Part shown: piece by piece, positions 31,701 through 41,514 of the stretch
Layout of the letters: each line of letters begins with the position of its first letter
How positions within the stretch are numbered: the stretch's first letter is position 1
Source of the DNA: Myxococcota bacterium
Lineage (GTDB): Bacteria; Myxococcota_A; SURF-8; G963663525
NCBI GenBank assembly: GCA_963676915.2
Contig: CAXXVK010000067.1
Location: 128,001 to 192,000 of the forward strand
DNA length: 64,000 nucleotides
Direction: 5' to 3'
Translations under genes and position numbers: made by a program
The notes under the pieces: model-generated
Databases searched by the model: none
What the model saw: only the letters and a program-made list of their open reading frames with translations
Told to the model about the DNA's origin: nothing

Positions 31701-33824
31701 GAGTAGCCAAGATTGTTCTTTAGCAAGTTCCTTGATGCTGTTTTGGATTATATTTCTCTCAGTAACATCCTGGGTGAATCCTAGATAACGATTTTTCGAA
31801 AGCCTTACAGCGTCCACTTGCCAGGATCGCCTCTCTTGTTTCTTTGTTGTGAATGAAACATCACCAGATGAATATCCAGTCTCAATAAGGCGGGTGAAAT
31901 GCTCTATGGCGGTGTCTTTATCTTCATCAGGTATCAAGTCTGATATGTGCATCGCTAGAAGTTCATCTTCTGTGTATCCTGTTATATTACAGGCAGCTCT
32001 GTTCACTTGGAGATATTTACCTTTTTCATTAGCTACAAAAACACCATATGGAGCGTTTTCAACATAGCTTCTAAAACGGCTCTCGCTTTTTGCTAGAGAT
32101 ACTTCAGCCTGTTTACGTTTGGTCACATCCTGGAATGTCCCGGTGAGTTTTATGGTCTTGCCATTTTCAACAACAGGAAAACAACGGGAATGAGTCCAAA
32201 GGGGTTTTCCTGTATGAGTGACAAAGCGTATTTCCAGATCAAAGGGTTCACCCTCATTTACAGCGTTGTCGATGGCATTTCTGAGTGTTGGTTGATCTTC
32301 GTGGTGAAAAAAGTTGATCGCACTATCCAGTTCCGGTTGATAGTCCTCCGGTACTTCGTGGATTTCGCGGGTGACCTGCGACCAGATGACAGTACGATGC
32401 TTTACGTCCACTTCCCAACCGCCAACTCTTGCCATGCGCCCGGTATTCAGAAGCAGTTCAGCATTTTTCTCAAGACTTTCTTCAGCAAGTTTTCTGTCGG
32501 TAATATCCTCACCTGAACTTAATGTCCCGACAATTTCACCTTCATCGTTATGAATCGTGCTATTTTTCCATAAAATCAGTCTCATCTCATTGTTTCTGGT
32601 AATGATTGCTTTTTCAACCGAATCGAATTGTGTCAATTTGCCGTTAACAATTTGTGCATGAATCTTTTTAATCTCCCGTTTTTCCGATTCAAGTAAAAAT
32701 TTGTCGAACCAATTTTGCCCCAGAATTTCTGATTCTTCGTATCCTAGAACTTCACAACCCTTTTGGTTGACCATAGAAATATTTCCATCAAGATCAAGGG
32801 CGATGAGTATCACACCAGCAACGTCAAGGTACTGTTGAGCAAGCCTTTTTTCGTAATCCAAGGCTTTTTGAACCTGTTTTTGGTCTGTGATGTCAGTATG
32901 TGAGCCTAGAACTCTACAAGGTTTACCATGATCGTCAGTTAGAATGGAGGCTTGTGCAAGTATCCACCGGTAAGTGCCGTCCTTATGACGAAACCTGAAC
33001 TCCACTTCATAGTTCTTGCGCTCTTCGGAGATGTTTTTATGAATTTGAGGTAAAACCTCTTTCAAATCGTCAGGATGAACACGATCTTTCCACTCTGAAA
33101 AATCATTGCTAATTTCATGATCCTCGCAACCGATCTGTTTTTTCCATTCCGTGGAATATTGAACTTTGTTCGTTTTTAGATTCCAGTCCCAAAAACCAAT
33201 ATTACCAGCCCGGATGGCCTCGCTTTGCCTTAAGGTAGCCTCGCGTAAATCCTCCTCAGCTAGTTTCAAATCTGCGACATCAAAACCAGAATTGACGAAC
33301 ATGTCATCACCCATTGGGATGCTGATCATTTGGAGATGCTGATGGGTATCCGGTAAGTGCATTTCCCAGACGTGTGGTTTTCCCTCTGTAAATATTTTTT
33401 CGACAATCGGCATGAACAGCTCTGTCACATTAGAGCTAGGAAAGATTTCATCCGTAGTCTTGCCGAAGACTTCAGTCAAGGATGTGTTCCAGGATTTCAA
33501 CGCAGAGTGGTTGGCATCCACCAGTTTCCACGTCTTGATCTTGCCCTCTTCATCACGTACGAGTTTCCAAAGGTGAATCTCAGTTAGCATCTCGTCAAAG
33601 AGGTGCTTGTAAAGCGGGTATTTATCAACCTTTACTTCAATCAAAGAGCCGTCAGTCCCCCTGTCAGAGGTCTCTTGATCTGTATTTTCAAAAAGTGCCC
33701 TGGAATTATTCTCGATTTCAGCGGAGGATTCCTTAGAAGATCTGTTTTCCAATTTCTCAACGCGTGCACGTAGGTACTGAACTTCCTCGATGAGTTGAGC
33801 TCTTGTCTTACTCTGGTCATCCAT
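28776..33824 (-). CDS. Cytoplasmic multi-PAS + PocR hybrid histidine kinase
   Basis: About 8 PAS/PAC units; PocR-like SSWC...GKWLCHENCW...ECVGGIRLYAVPI; LAGGIAHDFNNLL; [14 protein letters not shown]; C-terminal REC; GGAGG RBS before ATG 33824. Confidence 0.9.
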   Translation of the reverse strand: MDDQSKTRAQLIEEVQYLRARVEKLENRSSKESSAEIENNSRALFENTDQETSDRGTDGSLIEVKVDKYPLYKHLFDEMLTEIHLWKLVRDEEGKIKTWKLVDANHSALKSWNTSLTEVFGKTTDEIFPSSNVTELFMPIVEKIFTEGKPHVWEMHLPDTHQHLQMISIPMGDDMFVNSGFDVADLKLAEEDLREATLRQSEAIRAGNIGFWDWNLKTNKVQYSTEWKKQIGCEDHEISNDFSEWKDRVHPDDLKEVLPQIHKNISEERKNYEVEFRFRHKDGTYRWILAQASILTDDHGKPCRVLGSHTDITDQKQVQKALDYEKRLAQQYLDVAGVILIALDLDGNISMVNQKGCEVLGYEESEILGQNWFDKFLLESEKREIKKIHAQIVNGKLTQFDSVEKAIITRNNEMRLILWKNSTIHNDEGEIVGTLSSGEDITDRKLAEESLEKNAELLLNTGRMARVGGWEVDVKHRTVIWSQVTREIHEVPEDYQPELDSAINFFHHEDQPTLRNAIDNAVNEGEPFDLEIRFVTHTGKPLWTHSRCFPVVENGKTIKLTGTFQDVTKRKQAEVSLAKSESRFRSYVENAPYGVFVANEKGKYLQVNRAACNITGYTEDELLAMHISDLIPDEDKDTAIEHFTRLIETGYSSGDVSFTTKKQERRSWQVDAVRLSKNRYLGFTQDVTERNIIQNSIKELAKEQSWLLKSMINAFVIFKSVFDETGNFISYRFEYINKAYEDITGVKHEDVRGKTVFEVWPETEQEWIEKYGHVAVTGESQVFDLFHKPTEKLYHCHVYRPWNTNDRFCVVFEDITQKKKSEEDLQKERMFLSKAQEIGKIGTWELDIKKNKLTWTPENYRIFGLPNGTKLTYETFLSCVHPDDREYVDKHWKAAFDKQPYDIEHRILVNGNVKWVREKAELEYNINGECIRGTGVTQDITEQKLTEQRLRDLKKRYRSLIDHSPVCHKQIDLDFNLQYMSANGFRLFKLEQTEDLYGKPYPFDFFPDKARKMLIEGLSAVKTTGNIVEFESRACDSEGNAVWLDHSIIPVFNDEGKCSFFTIVSADITKRKLAEKELRRYEWLQEKEKAKLNGSDDVFRPAYRNPVNLNTSRVILDGVGKESLALMAQDILVLMDTCVAIYEANGDYAYGAFHSSWCQAMDNASFKLCNCNDTKEALESGKWLCHENCWQDSAKAALESGEPTDIECVGGIRLYAVPIRAGEEVIGAMNIGYSNPPRDEKTIAELAKKFKMDPEYVRELSKQYKPRPEFIINVAKNRCDSMAKMIGQIVERHRIEVEKDKLQSQLLQSQKMESIGRLAGGIAHDFNNLLTAITGFSEFIQSSLSPEDPLKKDVNQIQQAADTAAALTNQLLAFSRKQIISPKVVNLNQIVSESERMLRRIIGEDIDFVFVPDKNIGKVLVDTGQIDQVLINLAVNSRDAMPKGGKLTIETKRVSLDEKKCQTCGYSIEGDFVMVAVSDDGSGMDSDTIKSIFEPFFTTKARGKGTGLGLSTIHGIVHQNKGHINVYSELGKGTTFKIYLPIVHEKAEAIQKPEELTDTSGKETILLVEDQAIVRKLAVRVMQEKGYKVIEAENGGKAYVKFEEYEDQIDLLLTDVVMPTMGGKELYERLIKFNPSLKVLYMSGYTENAIAHHGVLDKGTNFIQKPFKPTQLARKVRQVLDS

Positions 33825-34019
33825 GACAACCTCCAAAGAGGCAAAAATATGTTGTTAGAATGAGAATTCATTGTAAACCTATCATTATTTGTACTGTTTT
33901 CCAAATGCATGTCTGGGAACTATAGAAGTGCATAACCAGTAATGTTTGCTCAAAGCTACGTCCTTATCGTAGAAGGTAATGCCACATTCAAAGGTTTCAC
34001 GGAGTAAAGAAATCATCCG

Positions 34020-34117
34020 ACGTCGTTCCGGGTGCCGGATCGTAGCCGAAACTAAGATCCATGCACCCGAATCCGAGCGCCGAAACTTCCGCGAGATCCG
34101 AGTAACCGTGTTTGCAT
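34020..34117 (-). pseudogene. Aldo/keto reductase N-terminal remnant
   Basis: Minus strand reads MQTRLLGS, then (after a frameshift) EVSALGFGCMDLSFGYDPAPG, the typical AKR start, and then breaks off. Confidence 0.7.
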
Positions 34118-34126
34118 CGCCTTCTC

Positions 34127-35110
34127 TCAGAGCACCACGAGGTCGTATTGTGGACTCCCCATCTTCATAGTTTTCATATAGGTCAATTGATGGAGGCCTT
34201 CCCTCGTTTCGATACGTTCCCGCAGGTCGTGAAGCTCGGCTTTCGGCAGGGAGTACAGCATGTCGATGGATGCCTGTTCCAAGGCGAAGAGGTCGGTGGA
34301 AGCCAGAATTCCAAGATCCCTTGCCTTAACCGGTGCGGCGGCAACCCCTACACAGTCACAGTCAACCGACATATTTCGCAACACGTTGATGTAGACGATT
34401 TTCGGGCCGAAATGATCGACGATGGCTTTGGCCGATTCCACCATGTTTTCCTGAAAGGGCTTGCCGCGCAGCCACCTCGAGTAATCGATGTTGTCCGGTG
34501 CGGCGTGAACCATTTTCTTGCCGATAGGACCATCTACACAGCCGATGGCGATATTCTTTAACGAACCGCCATAGCCGCCCATGGCATGGCCCTTGAAGTG
34601 CGTAAGCACCACCATCGAGTCATAATCGAGCATGTGCTTGCCAACCGACATCTCTGAAAAATGTTTCCCACCTTCAACGGGGATCATCGCTGCACCATCC
34701 TCGTCCATAATGTCCACCGGGCAGAAAGTCCAGCCGTTGGTTTTGATGGTTTCGCGATGGTCTGCGGTCGTGTATCGCTTCCCTTTGTAATAGGTATTGG
34801 TTTCAACCAAATTACTATTGGGAATGCTTTGCTGGAGAGCCTGCACCCAGTCGCGAGGCAAGATGTTGGGACCGTTCGGCTCACCAGTGTGCAGCTTGAT
34901 CGCTGTCTTTCCGGTAATGTTCCGATTGATCTTGGAGTACATGCCCAAAAGCCCACGAGCGCTGAGATCCTTGGTGAAATATACCGGAGCTTTGGCATGT
35001 TCAGAGATTGTGACTCTCTGGCCTGCGCAGGAAACGCTACCGACCGCAACCGTTCCAAATGTGGCAGCACCGGTTTTGAGAAAGGTTCGTCGTGAAATCA
35101 GTTTGGTCAT
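34127..35110 (-). CDS. DUF362 domain protein with Tat signal
   Basis: SRRTFLK twin-arginine motif; AIKLHTGE, THFKGH.MGGYGGSLKNIAIG, SVDCDC, GILASTD..A.EQA. Confidence 0.8.
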   Translation of the reverse strand: MTKLISRRTFLKTGAATFGTVAVGSVSCAGQRVTISEHAKAPVYFTKDLSARGLLGMYSKINRNITGKTAIKLHTGEPNGPNILPRDWVQALQQSIPNSNLVETNTYYKGKRYTTADHRETIKTNGWTFCPVDIMDEDGAAMIPVEGGKHFSEMSVGKHMLDYDSMVVLTHFKGHAMGGYGGSLKNIAIGCVDGPIGKKMVHAAPDNIDYSRWLRGKPFQENMVESAKAIVDHFGPKIVYINVLRNMSVDCDCVGVAAAPVKARDLGILASTDLFALEQASIDMLYSLPKAELHDLRERIETREGLHQLTYMKTMKMGSPQYDLVVL

Positions 35111-35131
35111 AGCGTGGTCCTTTCCTAATTT

Positions 35132-36279
35132 CTATTCCGACTTTGCTTGGTATTGCTCATCGCTGACTTTTTCCAACCATTCAGTGGCCGGACGCGAGCC
35201 TTTTTCCAGAATGGCGATATGGGTCATAGGACTGTCCTGCGACGCACCGTGCCAATGTTTCTGGTACGGTGGAATCCAGACGACATCCCCTTCGCGGATT
35301 TCCTGAACCGGATCTCCCCAACGTTGCACCAGACCCACGCCCGACGTTACGATCAGCAGTTGTCCGAGATCGTGGGAATGCCAGGCCGTGCGCGAACCGG
35401 CTTCGAAGATGACTTCCGCCCCGAAAAGTGGGACGGAGCATCGGCTTTGAACGGCTTGGCGATTTTAACAGAACCGGTAAACCAGTCCGCCGGACCTTCT
35501 CGGGGCGGCTGTTTAGCTGTATGGGTCACGCTGATCTTTCGCACTTTGGGTTCGATTTGGCCGTTCCCAATCACTTCCGTTAACACCATAGCGGCTCTAT
35601 CCGCCTGGTAGGTTCCAACCTTCGCTTCGATCACGGCGATCAGGTTTTTCAGTTGCGTCTTGCTCAAGCCGACATTCATGCTGATTCCGAAATGCGCTTT
35701 CAATTGGGGGATGACGCCTTCCATGTTGGCCAGAGCCGCCAAGGTGGCGATTTCTCTGCTTTTGAAATCCAGGTTGTCACGCCCGAAAATGGCGCCGAAG
35801 AGGTGCATTTTCAAAAACAGGTCGATGGCGGGAGAAAAGGTAAATAGTTTTCCCGTAACAGGCCGTCCCACGACCTGCGTCTGGATTTTCGTACCCTGTT
35901 TCAGTGTGTTTTGATTCGCCGGAATCGGAGTGGCGGTCGTGCCAATCTGGTCTTTAAGACCTTTCTGTTTCCGTTCTTCAACAACCGTCATAAAGGTACC
36001 GATGGCATTCAGGCTGCGTGGAAATCCGGCGTAGGCGTAGAGTTGAACCAATACTTCCTTGATTTCATTGACGGTCAGACCGGCTTCCAGACCGTCATTC
36101 AGAGCTTGTTTCAATGGATCGAGCTCGCCGCTCGCCGCAAATGCCGCAATGGGGACAATCGCTTCCTGCCGGGCATCGAGTCCACCGGTGTTGTTTCCGG
36201 CCTGTGCCGAGGGGATGGCAACGGCACAGCACATCACAATGACAAGAGCGATCAGAATGAAATGATATTTGAAAGTCAT
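35132..36279 (-). pseudogene. Carboxymuconolactone decarboxylase-like + cupin fusion, one frameshift
   Basis: CMD motifs (EIKEVLVQLYAYAGFPRSLNA; HLFGAIFGR). The cupin (TAWHSH..GQ.LIV; HWHGA) is restored by adding one base in the C-run at about 35419-35422. Confidence 0.8.
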
Positions 36280-36296
36280 GATCGTGACTCCTTTGC

Positions 36297-37487
36297 CTAC
36301 AGCGCCGAGCGTAGTACCTCTACGATATCGGCTTCGGTCATCGGCGGGACGGCGGGCAGGCGACCTTGACCGTCGTTCAATACAAGCATCGTGTCCTTGG
36401 CGTAGACATCGAGCTTGGAGTCGTCGATGCCGATTTCAGACAGGCGAGTGGGGCAACCGATGGATTTGAGGAAATCCTCGTATCGTTGAATGCCTTCGAG
36501 CGCACAATCCAGATCGTCCGGTCCGTTTCCTTTCAGTCCGAAAATACGTTCGGCGAATTGTACGAACTTGGCCGGATTTTTCTTGGCCGCAAAGCGCATC
36601 CAAGCAGGATTGACCACCGCCAGCCCCGCGCCATGAGTGACATCATGATGAGCCGAGAGCGTGTGTTCGATCATATGCGCCGGAGAGCCCGCCGCCGCAA
36701 CACCGGCCTGCACCCAGCCGTTCAGAGCCACGATGGAAGCCCATTGCACCTGGGTGCGTGCTTCCAGGTCGCTTCCATCCGCTACAGCCTTGGGGCCATA
36801 TTCCATTGCGGCGAGGATCGTTCCTTCGGCGAAGCGGTCTTGAATCGGCGTATTGTTCATGCCGTTGAAATAGGTTTCGGTGACGTGAACGATGAGATCG
36901 CAGACACCGTAGGCGGTCTGGTCTTTCGGTACGCTTACCGTCAATTCCGGATCGACCAGAGCCACCTTCGGATATAGACACGGACTCGCCATGAAGGACT
37001 TCATGGTTGTTTCTTCGTTGGTGATAACCGAGTTCATGTTCATCTCGGAACCGGTTGCCGCCAGCGTGGGAACAGTAATGATGGGTAGTGCTTCGGTCGG
37101 GAAGGTCGGCATCCCTTTACCCTGGAAAAACATCTCCCAGGGGTCGCCCTTGAAAAGAACCGCCGCCGCGATAGCCTTGGCCGCGTCCATTGCGCTGCCG
37201 CCGCCGATAGCGATGACCACATCACAGCCTTCTTCTTTGGCGGTGTTTATGCCACGCTTGACCGAGGCCAGACGCGGGTTGGGCTCGACGCCGGAGCATT
37301 CGGCGAACGACATCCCGGCTTCTTTCAGGCTGGCCACAGCCCGATCGAACGTGCCATTCTTCTTGACGCTGCCGCCACCGGTGACGATGAGAGCTTTTTT
37401 GCCGTAGGCGCTGGCCAACTCACCCAGACGAGAGAGGTTTCCGGCACCGAAAACGAGACGGGTTGGATTCTGAAATTCGAAGTTCAT
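36297..37487 (-). CDS. Iron-containing alcohol dehydrogenase (butanol dehydrogenase/YqhD-like)
   Basis: FQNPTRLVFG, GGGS, VEPNP, GGGSAMD.AK, PTLAATGSE, H.IEH.LSA...THGAGLA. Confidence 0.92.
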   Translation of the reverse strand: MNFEFQNPTRLVFGAGNLSRLGELASAYGKKALIVTGGGSVKKNGTFDRAVASLKEAGMSFAECSGVEPNPRLASVKRGINTAKEEGCDVVIAIGGGSAMDAAKAIAAAVLFKGDPWEMFFQGKGMPTFPTEALPIITVPTLAATGSEMNMNSVITNEETTMKSFMASPCLYPKVALVDPELTVSVPKDQTAYGVCDLIVHVTETYFNGMNNTPIQDRFAEGTILAAMEYGPKAVADGSDLEARTQVQWASIVALNGWVQAGVAAAGSPAHMIEHTLSAHHDVTHGAGLAVVNPAWMRFAAKKNPAKFVQFAERIFGLKGNGPDDLDCALEGIQRYEDFLKSIGCPTRLSEIGIDDSKLDVYAKDTMLVLNDGQGRLPAVPPMTEADIVEVLRSAL

Positions 37488-37529
37488 GGTGTTCTCCTTG
37501 TTACATTGTTCTTTAAATGTTGATTTTTG

Positions 37530-37925
37530 TTAACCTTGATACTGCTCGTCGCTGACTTTCTCCATCCACTCCACCGGGGAACCGTTCTGCTGCTCCTGAA
37601 TGGCGATGTGGGTCATCGAGGATGTCGGTGATGCACCGTGCCAATGTTTTTCGTTCGGAAAAAAGCGAACGATATCTCCGGCGTGAATTTCCTCGATAGA
37701 GCCGCCATCGCGCTGCACGAGGCCGCTACCGCCCGTGACGATCAAAATCTGCCCCACCGGATGGGTATGCCAGGCCGTCCGTGCACCAGGTTCGAAGGTA
37801 ACGGCTGCACCGCTGAAGCGTGAGGGTTCTTCGGCTGGAAAGAGCATGTCCACGTACACAGTCCCGGAAAAATAATCCTCCGGTCCGGGAACGGCACTTC
37901 GTGATTCGCTTCGTGAAATGTTCAT
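37530..37925 (-). CDS. Cupin domain protein
   Basis: [20 protein letters not shown]...HWHGA...HIAIQE; AAGGAG RBS before ATG 37925. Confidence 0.88.
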   Translation of the reverse strand: MNISRSESRSAVPGPEDYFSGTVYVDMLFPAEEPSRFSGAAVTFEPGARTAWHTHPVGQILIVTGGSGLVQRDGGSIEEIHAGDIVRFFPNEKHWHGASPTSSMTHIAIQEQQNGSPVEWMEKVSDEQYQG

Positions 37926-38111
37926 GTCGATCTCCTTTCTCGATCTTGAACCTTCCGGTCCGTCTATGTTTTTCACTTTAAACGTTATTTTTCGATAAGT
38001 GGTAGACTGATTCTCTTGAATTCTTGCCTAATTCTACGAAAGTAAGATTTTTCTATTGTCAGTCTATAATAAGACTGCTAAAGTTAAAGTGGCTAAGAAA
38101 GGAAAATTATA

Positions 38112-39050
38112 ATGCAAAAACAATTAGATAAGATCGAATCAAAGAATTCATACTCCATAGGACAGCTTGAAAAAATCGGAGACCATATTGCCCGATTAGC
38201 CACTCATGGCGAACCGTTTATGACAGCAGTGCCGGGTTTGTCTTTTCATCGCTATGATGAACCGGTCCAGGCGAATAGTGCGACCTACGAACCGAGTTTA
38301 TGTCTGGCGGTGCAGGGATCAAAGCGTGTTCAGGTGGGGGACAAGTCCTTCACCTACGATGCAAGCCATTTTCTGATCACATCCGTTCATTTACCCACTT
38401 TTGTGGAAGTCTTGAAAGCAAATCCGGAAAAACCGTACCTTGGACTGGTGCTGCGCTTCGATCAACGCGAACTGTCACAATTGATGGTCGACAGCAATCT
38501 TCCTGCGCCCAGAGTTCAGAAATCCAGCCTGGGTATGTCCACAAGCCAATTGACCCCTGAGTTGCTTTCCGCCTTTCAGCGGTTGGTTGATCTACTCGAT
38601 CAACCGGATGACATTCCTATTCTTGCTCCTATCATCAACAAGGAAATCCTTTACCGTTTGCTTATCGGTGACCAAGGTACACGCCTGCGCCAGATTGCCT
38701 CGATGGGGAGCCAAAGCCACCAGATTGCCCGAGCCATCGACTGGCTAAAAGGCAACTTCTTTCAATCGTTGCGGGTCGAAGATCTTGCCTCTGAAGTAAA
38801 CATGAGCGTCTCGACTTTTCATCAGCATTTCCGCTTGATGACAGGGTTGAGTCCCTTGCAATATCAGAAACAGATTCGTTTGCACGAGGCCAGGATGATG
38901 ATGCTTAACGAGCAGGTGGACGCAGCCACGGCGGCATTCAAGGTGGGTTACGAAAGTCCTTCCCAGTTCAGTCGTGAATACAAACGCATGTACGGTGCAC
39001 CACCGCTACGGGATGTCAAGGAGTTGGGACAGGTCGGTCTCAGTAATTGA
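38112..39050 (+). CDS. AraC family transcriptional regulator (YqhC-like, AraC_N domain)
   Basis: YEPSLCL.VQGSK N-domain; LA..VNMS.STFH.HF...T..SPLQYQK; VGYESPSQFSREYKR.YG; divergent from the cupin/ADH cluster. Confidence 0.92.
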   Translation: MQKQLDKIESKNSYSIGQLEKIGDHIARLATHGEPFMTAVPGLSFHRYDEPVQANSATYEPSLCLAVQGSKRVQVGDKSFTYDASHFLITSVHLPTFVEVLKANPEKPYLGLVLRFDQRELSQLMVDSNLPAPRVQKSSLGMSTSQLTPELLSAFQRLVDLLDQPDDIPILAPIINKEILYRLLIGDQGTRLRQIASMGSQSHQIARAIDWLKGNFFQSLRVEDLASEVNMSVSTFHQHFRLMTGLSPLQYQKQIRLHEARMMMLNEQVDAATAAFKVGYESPSQFSREYKRMYGAPPLRDVKELGQVGLSN

Positions 39051-39223
39051 TAAATCTACCGTTCGTATTGTTCCCCAGAACCGAAACACTGCCTGCTCGC
39101 ATCCATTCACCGGAAAATGGCATCCGATTCAGCGTTGCGCCTGCAACTACCCTGTGTTAAGTTGCCCATGCAACCAGTTCGCTGATATGCCTCAACCATT
39201 CGAAACAAGGGAAGTAGAAGATA

Positions 39224-40072
39224 ATGAGCCCGAAAGCCATCCAGTTGTTTTTTCTGGCATTTTTAATGATATCTCTTGGATTCGCTACCGCCTGTGATTC
39301 GGATGACTCAACCGACGGACAAGTGGACGGAGACCTGGATATCGATACGGTGGGTGTCGATGATGAACCGGTGGAATTCGACAAAGATCCTGTGGACGAC
39401 GATGATGAACCGGTAGAAGTCGATAACGAGCCTGTGGAAGGTGACGATGAACCGGTCGATGGCGACAACGAGCTTGTGGACGGTGATGACGTACCGGTGG
39501 AGATCGATAACGATCCTGTGGACGCTGATGGCGAATCGGTGGAGATCGATGACGAGCCTGTGGATGGTGATGACGAACCGGTGGAGATCGATAACGAGCC
39601 TGTGGACGATGATGACGAGCAATCCACTGGGAGCTGGCTGGATACATCTTCTGGTCTCCTGTGGCAGAACCCACCCGCACCCACGGCAATGGGATGGAAT
39701 GCGGGAAAACAATATTGTTCGAATTTGAACCTCGATGGATACGACGATTGGCGATTGCCGACCATTTCGGAGCTTCGCTCACTGGTTTGGGGCTGCCCGG
39801 ACACGGAAACGGGTGGGGATTGCGGCGTAACGGACGCCTGTGCGTCCGGCTCCTGCAATGACGGTGGGGACTGCGAGACCTGCCCAATCGGTGATGGCCT
39901 ATCGTACGATGGCTGTTATTGGTCGGACGAGGTACAAGGCTCTTGCGACTGGCATTGGTCGTCGTCACCCGTCACGGGCAACACCTTTTTTGCCTGGGGT
40001 ATTCATTTCTATAGCGGCCGCTTGTATTACGACGATGTTAGCTACGATTACACGGTCCGCTGTGTGAGGTAG
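39224..40072 (+). CDS. Lipoprotein with acidic repeat stalk and DUF1566 (Lcl C-type-lectin-like) domain
   Basis: Lipobox ATAC; D.SSGLLWQ, YC.NL.L.GY.DWRLPTISELRSL, WSSS, AW...F..G, VRCVR end. Confidence 0.85.
   Translation: MSPKAIQLFFLAFLMISLGFATACDSDDSTDGQVDGDLDIDTVGVDDEPVEFDKDPVDDDDEPVEVDNEPVEGDDEPVDGDNELVDGDDVPVEIDNDPVDADGESVEIDDEPVDGDDEPVEIDNEPVDDDDEQSTGSWLDTSSGLLWQNPPAPTAMGWNAGKQYCSNLNLDGYDDWRLPTISELRSLVWGCPDTETGGDCGVTDACASGSCNDGGDCETCPIGDGLSYDGCYWSDEVQGSCDWHWSSSPVTGNTFFAWGIHFYSGRLYYDDVSYDYTVRCVR
39359..39619 (+). repeat. Coding tandem repeat, about 12 x 21 bp (7 aa, D-[DN]-E-P-V-[DE]-x)
   Basis: DDEPVEF DKDPVDD DDEPVEV DNEPVEG DDEPVDG DNELVDG DDVPVEI DNDPVDA DGESVEI DDEPVDG DDEPVEI DNEPVDD. 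Confidence 0.9.
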
Positions 40073-40147
40073 GTTCGTCTCCCTTTAGCCCACACCACGG
40101 CACTTGGGGTCTTTGCACTGATCTCATTGTGCGTCTTGTGAAATATT

Positions 40148-40189
40148 GTTGCATCTGCAACTATTTCGTGTTAAGTTGTCTATGCAACT
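40148..40189. promoter_or_regulatory. Two palindromic putative MarR operators
   Basis: GTTGCA-TC-TGCAAC (40148-40161) and AGTTG-TCTATG-CAACT (40174-40189) immediately upstream of the MarR gene. Confidence 0.65.
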
Positions 40190-40205
40190 AATTGAGGAAC
40201 TGCCG

Positions 40206-40688
40206 ATGGATGAATCCAGTTTTTTCGAAAGTCGCGAAGAATGTGAGGTCTCCTACGGGTATCATATCTCCGTTCTTCATCGTTTCTGGCGGATGTATAT
40301 GGACCGCGCGTTGGCCCCACTGGGCTTCGGTTCCGGACAAGTTCCAATTCTGACCTACCTGTTCGAACGTGACGGAGTGCAACAGGCTGATATCGTGCGC
40401 CACCTACGCATGGACAAGGGTTCGATTGCCCGCACCATCCGAAAGCTTGTTGATCAAGGCTACATCGAGCGCTTACCCAGCGAAGACGACAGGCGCGCCT
40501 ACCACATCCGCGTTACGGACAAGGGGCGATCGGTGCGCGAAGAATTGAACGCGATTCTTCTGGGCTGGAGCGAGACGCTTAGTCAGGATCTTTCGACAGA
40601 AGAGCGCACACACCTTTTCGACATGCTAACCCGCATGCGGTTTCGCGCTGGCGAAATGCTTCGTCGACGCATGGAGAACGACCAGTAG
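40206..40688 (+). CDS. MarR family transcriptional regulator
   Basis: DGVQQADI...L.MDKGSIAR.IRKL...GYI.R....DRRAY.I.VT.KG winged-helix pattern. Confidence 0.9.
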   Translation: MDESSFFESREECEVSYGYHISVLHRFWRMYMDRALAPLGFGSGQVPILTYLFERDGVQQADIVRHLRMDKGSIARTIRKLVDQGYIERLPSEDDRRAYHIRVTDKGRSVREELNAILLGWSETLSQDLSTEERTHLFDMLTRMRFRAGEMLRRRMENDQ

Positions 40689-40763
40689 GAGGACGGGTAT
40701 TTCCAGAATCCATGACAGGGTCGTTGATTTTATCATCCACGAAAGAAGGAGAAGGAGCCTGAA

Positions 40764-41268
40764 ATGAAAAAAATGTCCCCGAAAGCACAGCGTTGGCTCA
40801 AGCTCGTTCATGTGTTTCTGGCTGCCCTCTGGTTGGCCTCGGCCATTATTCTGGTCGTTACGCCGATTTTCGTTCGGCTCGACCAGAACAACACCCTATA
40901 CGGTGGTATGCTTGTCTTGAAATTCATCGACGATTTCATCATCATTCCCGCCGCCAACGGCTGCCTGTTGACTGGCCTTATCTACAGCATATGGACGAAC
41001 TGGGGTTTTTTTCAAGCATCGATGGGTGACGATTAAGTGGATTGTAACGGCGTACGGCATGATTGTCGGTACCATCTGGCTGGGGCCGTGGATAAATTGG
41101 ATGACTGCGACCGCCGGTGAAGTCGGTTCGGCTGCGCTTTCCGATCCTGAATACCTCAACATCCGTTTCCTGAATCTCTTTTGGGGTGGTATCCAGGCGA
41201 CGACGCTAGTTATCGCCGTGGTTGTTTCCATCTTGAAACCCTGGAAAAAGCGAAGCAAAGCTGCATGA
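40764..41268 (+). pseudogene. DUF2269-like 4-TM membrane protein, one frameshift
   Basis: WLKLVH...W, TGLIYS.WT.WGFF, then KHRWVTIKW...SILKPW continues in another frame after an extra T in the run at 41006-41012. Confidence 0.75.
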
Positions 41269-41279
41269 GGAAAAACAAC

Positions 41280-41498
41280 TCATACGCAGATTTCGCCAAG
41301 GAATTCATGGAAGACTGAGCCAAGTCTCATGACTGGCCTTCAACCTTACGGGAGAAGGAAAAAATCATCCGGGTTTATCTTCTCCCGGCATTCGAGAAAA
41401 AGCGGGTAGATCATATAGCTGCCAAAGATGTAGACGTATGCGTCCGTAAAACTCTGAAGAAGGGCAAGGATTCCAACCTGAATTTCAAATCCATGTAG
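41280..41498 (+). pseudogene. Tyrosine recombinase/phage integrase core-binding-domain remnant
   Basis: Reads SYADFAKEFMED*AKSHDWPSTLREKEKIIRVYLLPAFEKKRVDHIAAKDVD...LKKG, an integrase N-terminal pattern with an internal stop and no catalytic domain. Confidence 0.65.
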
Positions 41499-41514
41499 TG
41501 ATCGAATGTTGGAC

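Noticed and set aside
39359-39619. Periodic repeats as a possible CRISPR array
   Set aside because: Degenerate contiguous 21-bp units with no unique spacers, in frame within a lipoprotein; no cas genes in the window.
39157-39858. Ser-rich repetitive antisense ORF
   Set aside because: It is the mirror image of the Asp/Glu repeat on the coding strand.
41307-41320. In-frame TGA in the integrase fragment as selenocysteine/readthrough
   Set aside because: The fragment lacks a catalytic domain and clear start; a nonsense mutation is simpler.
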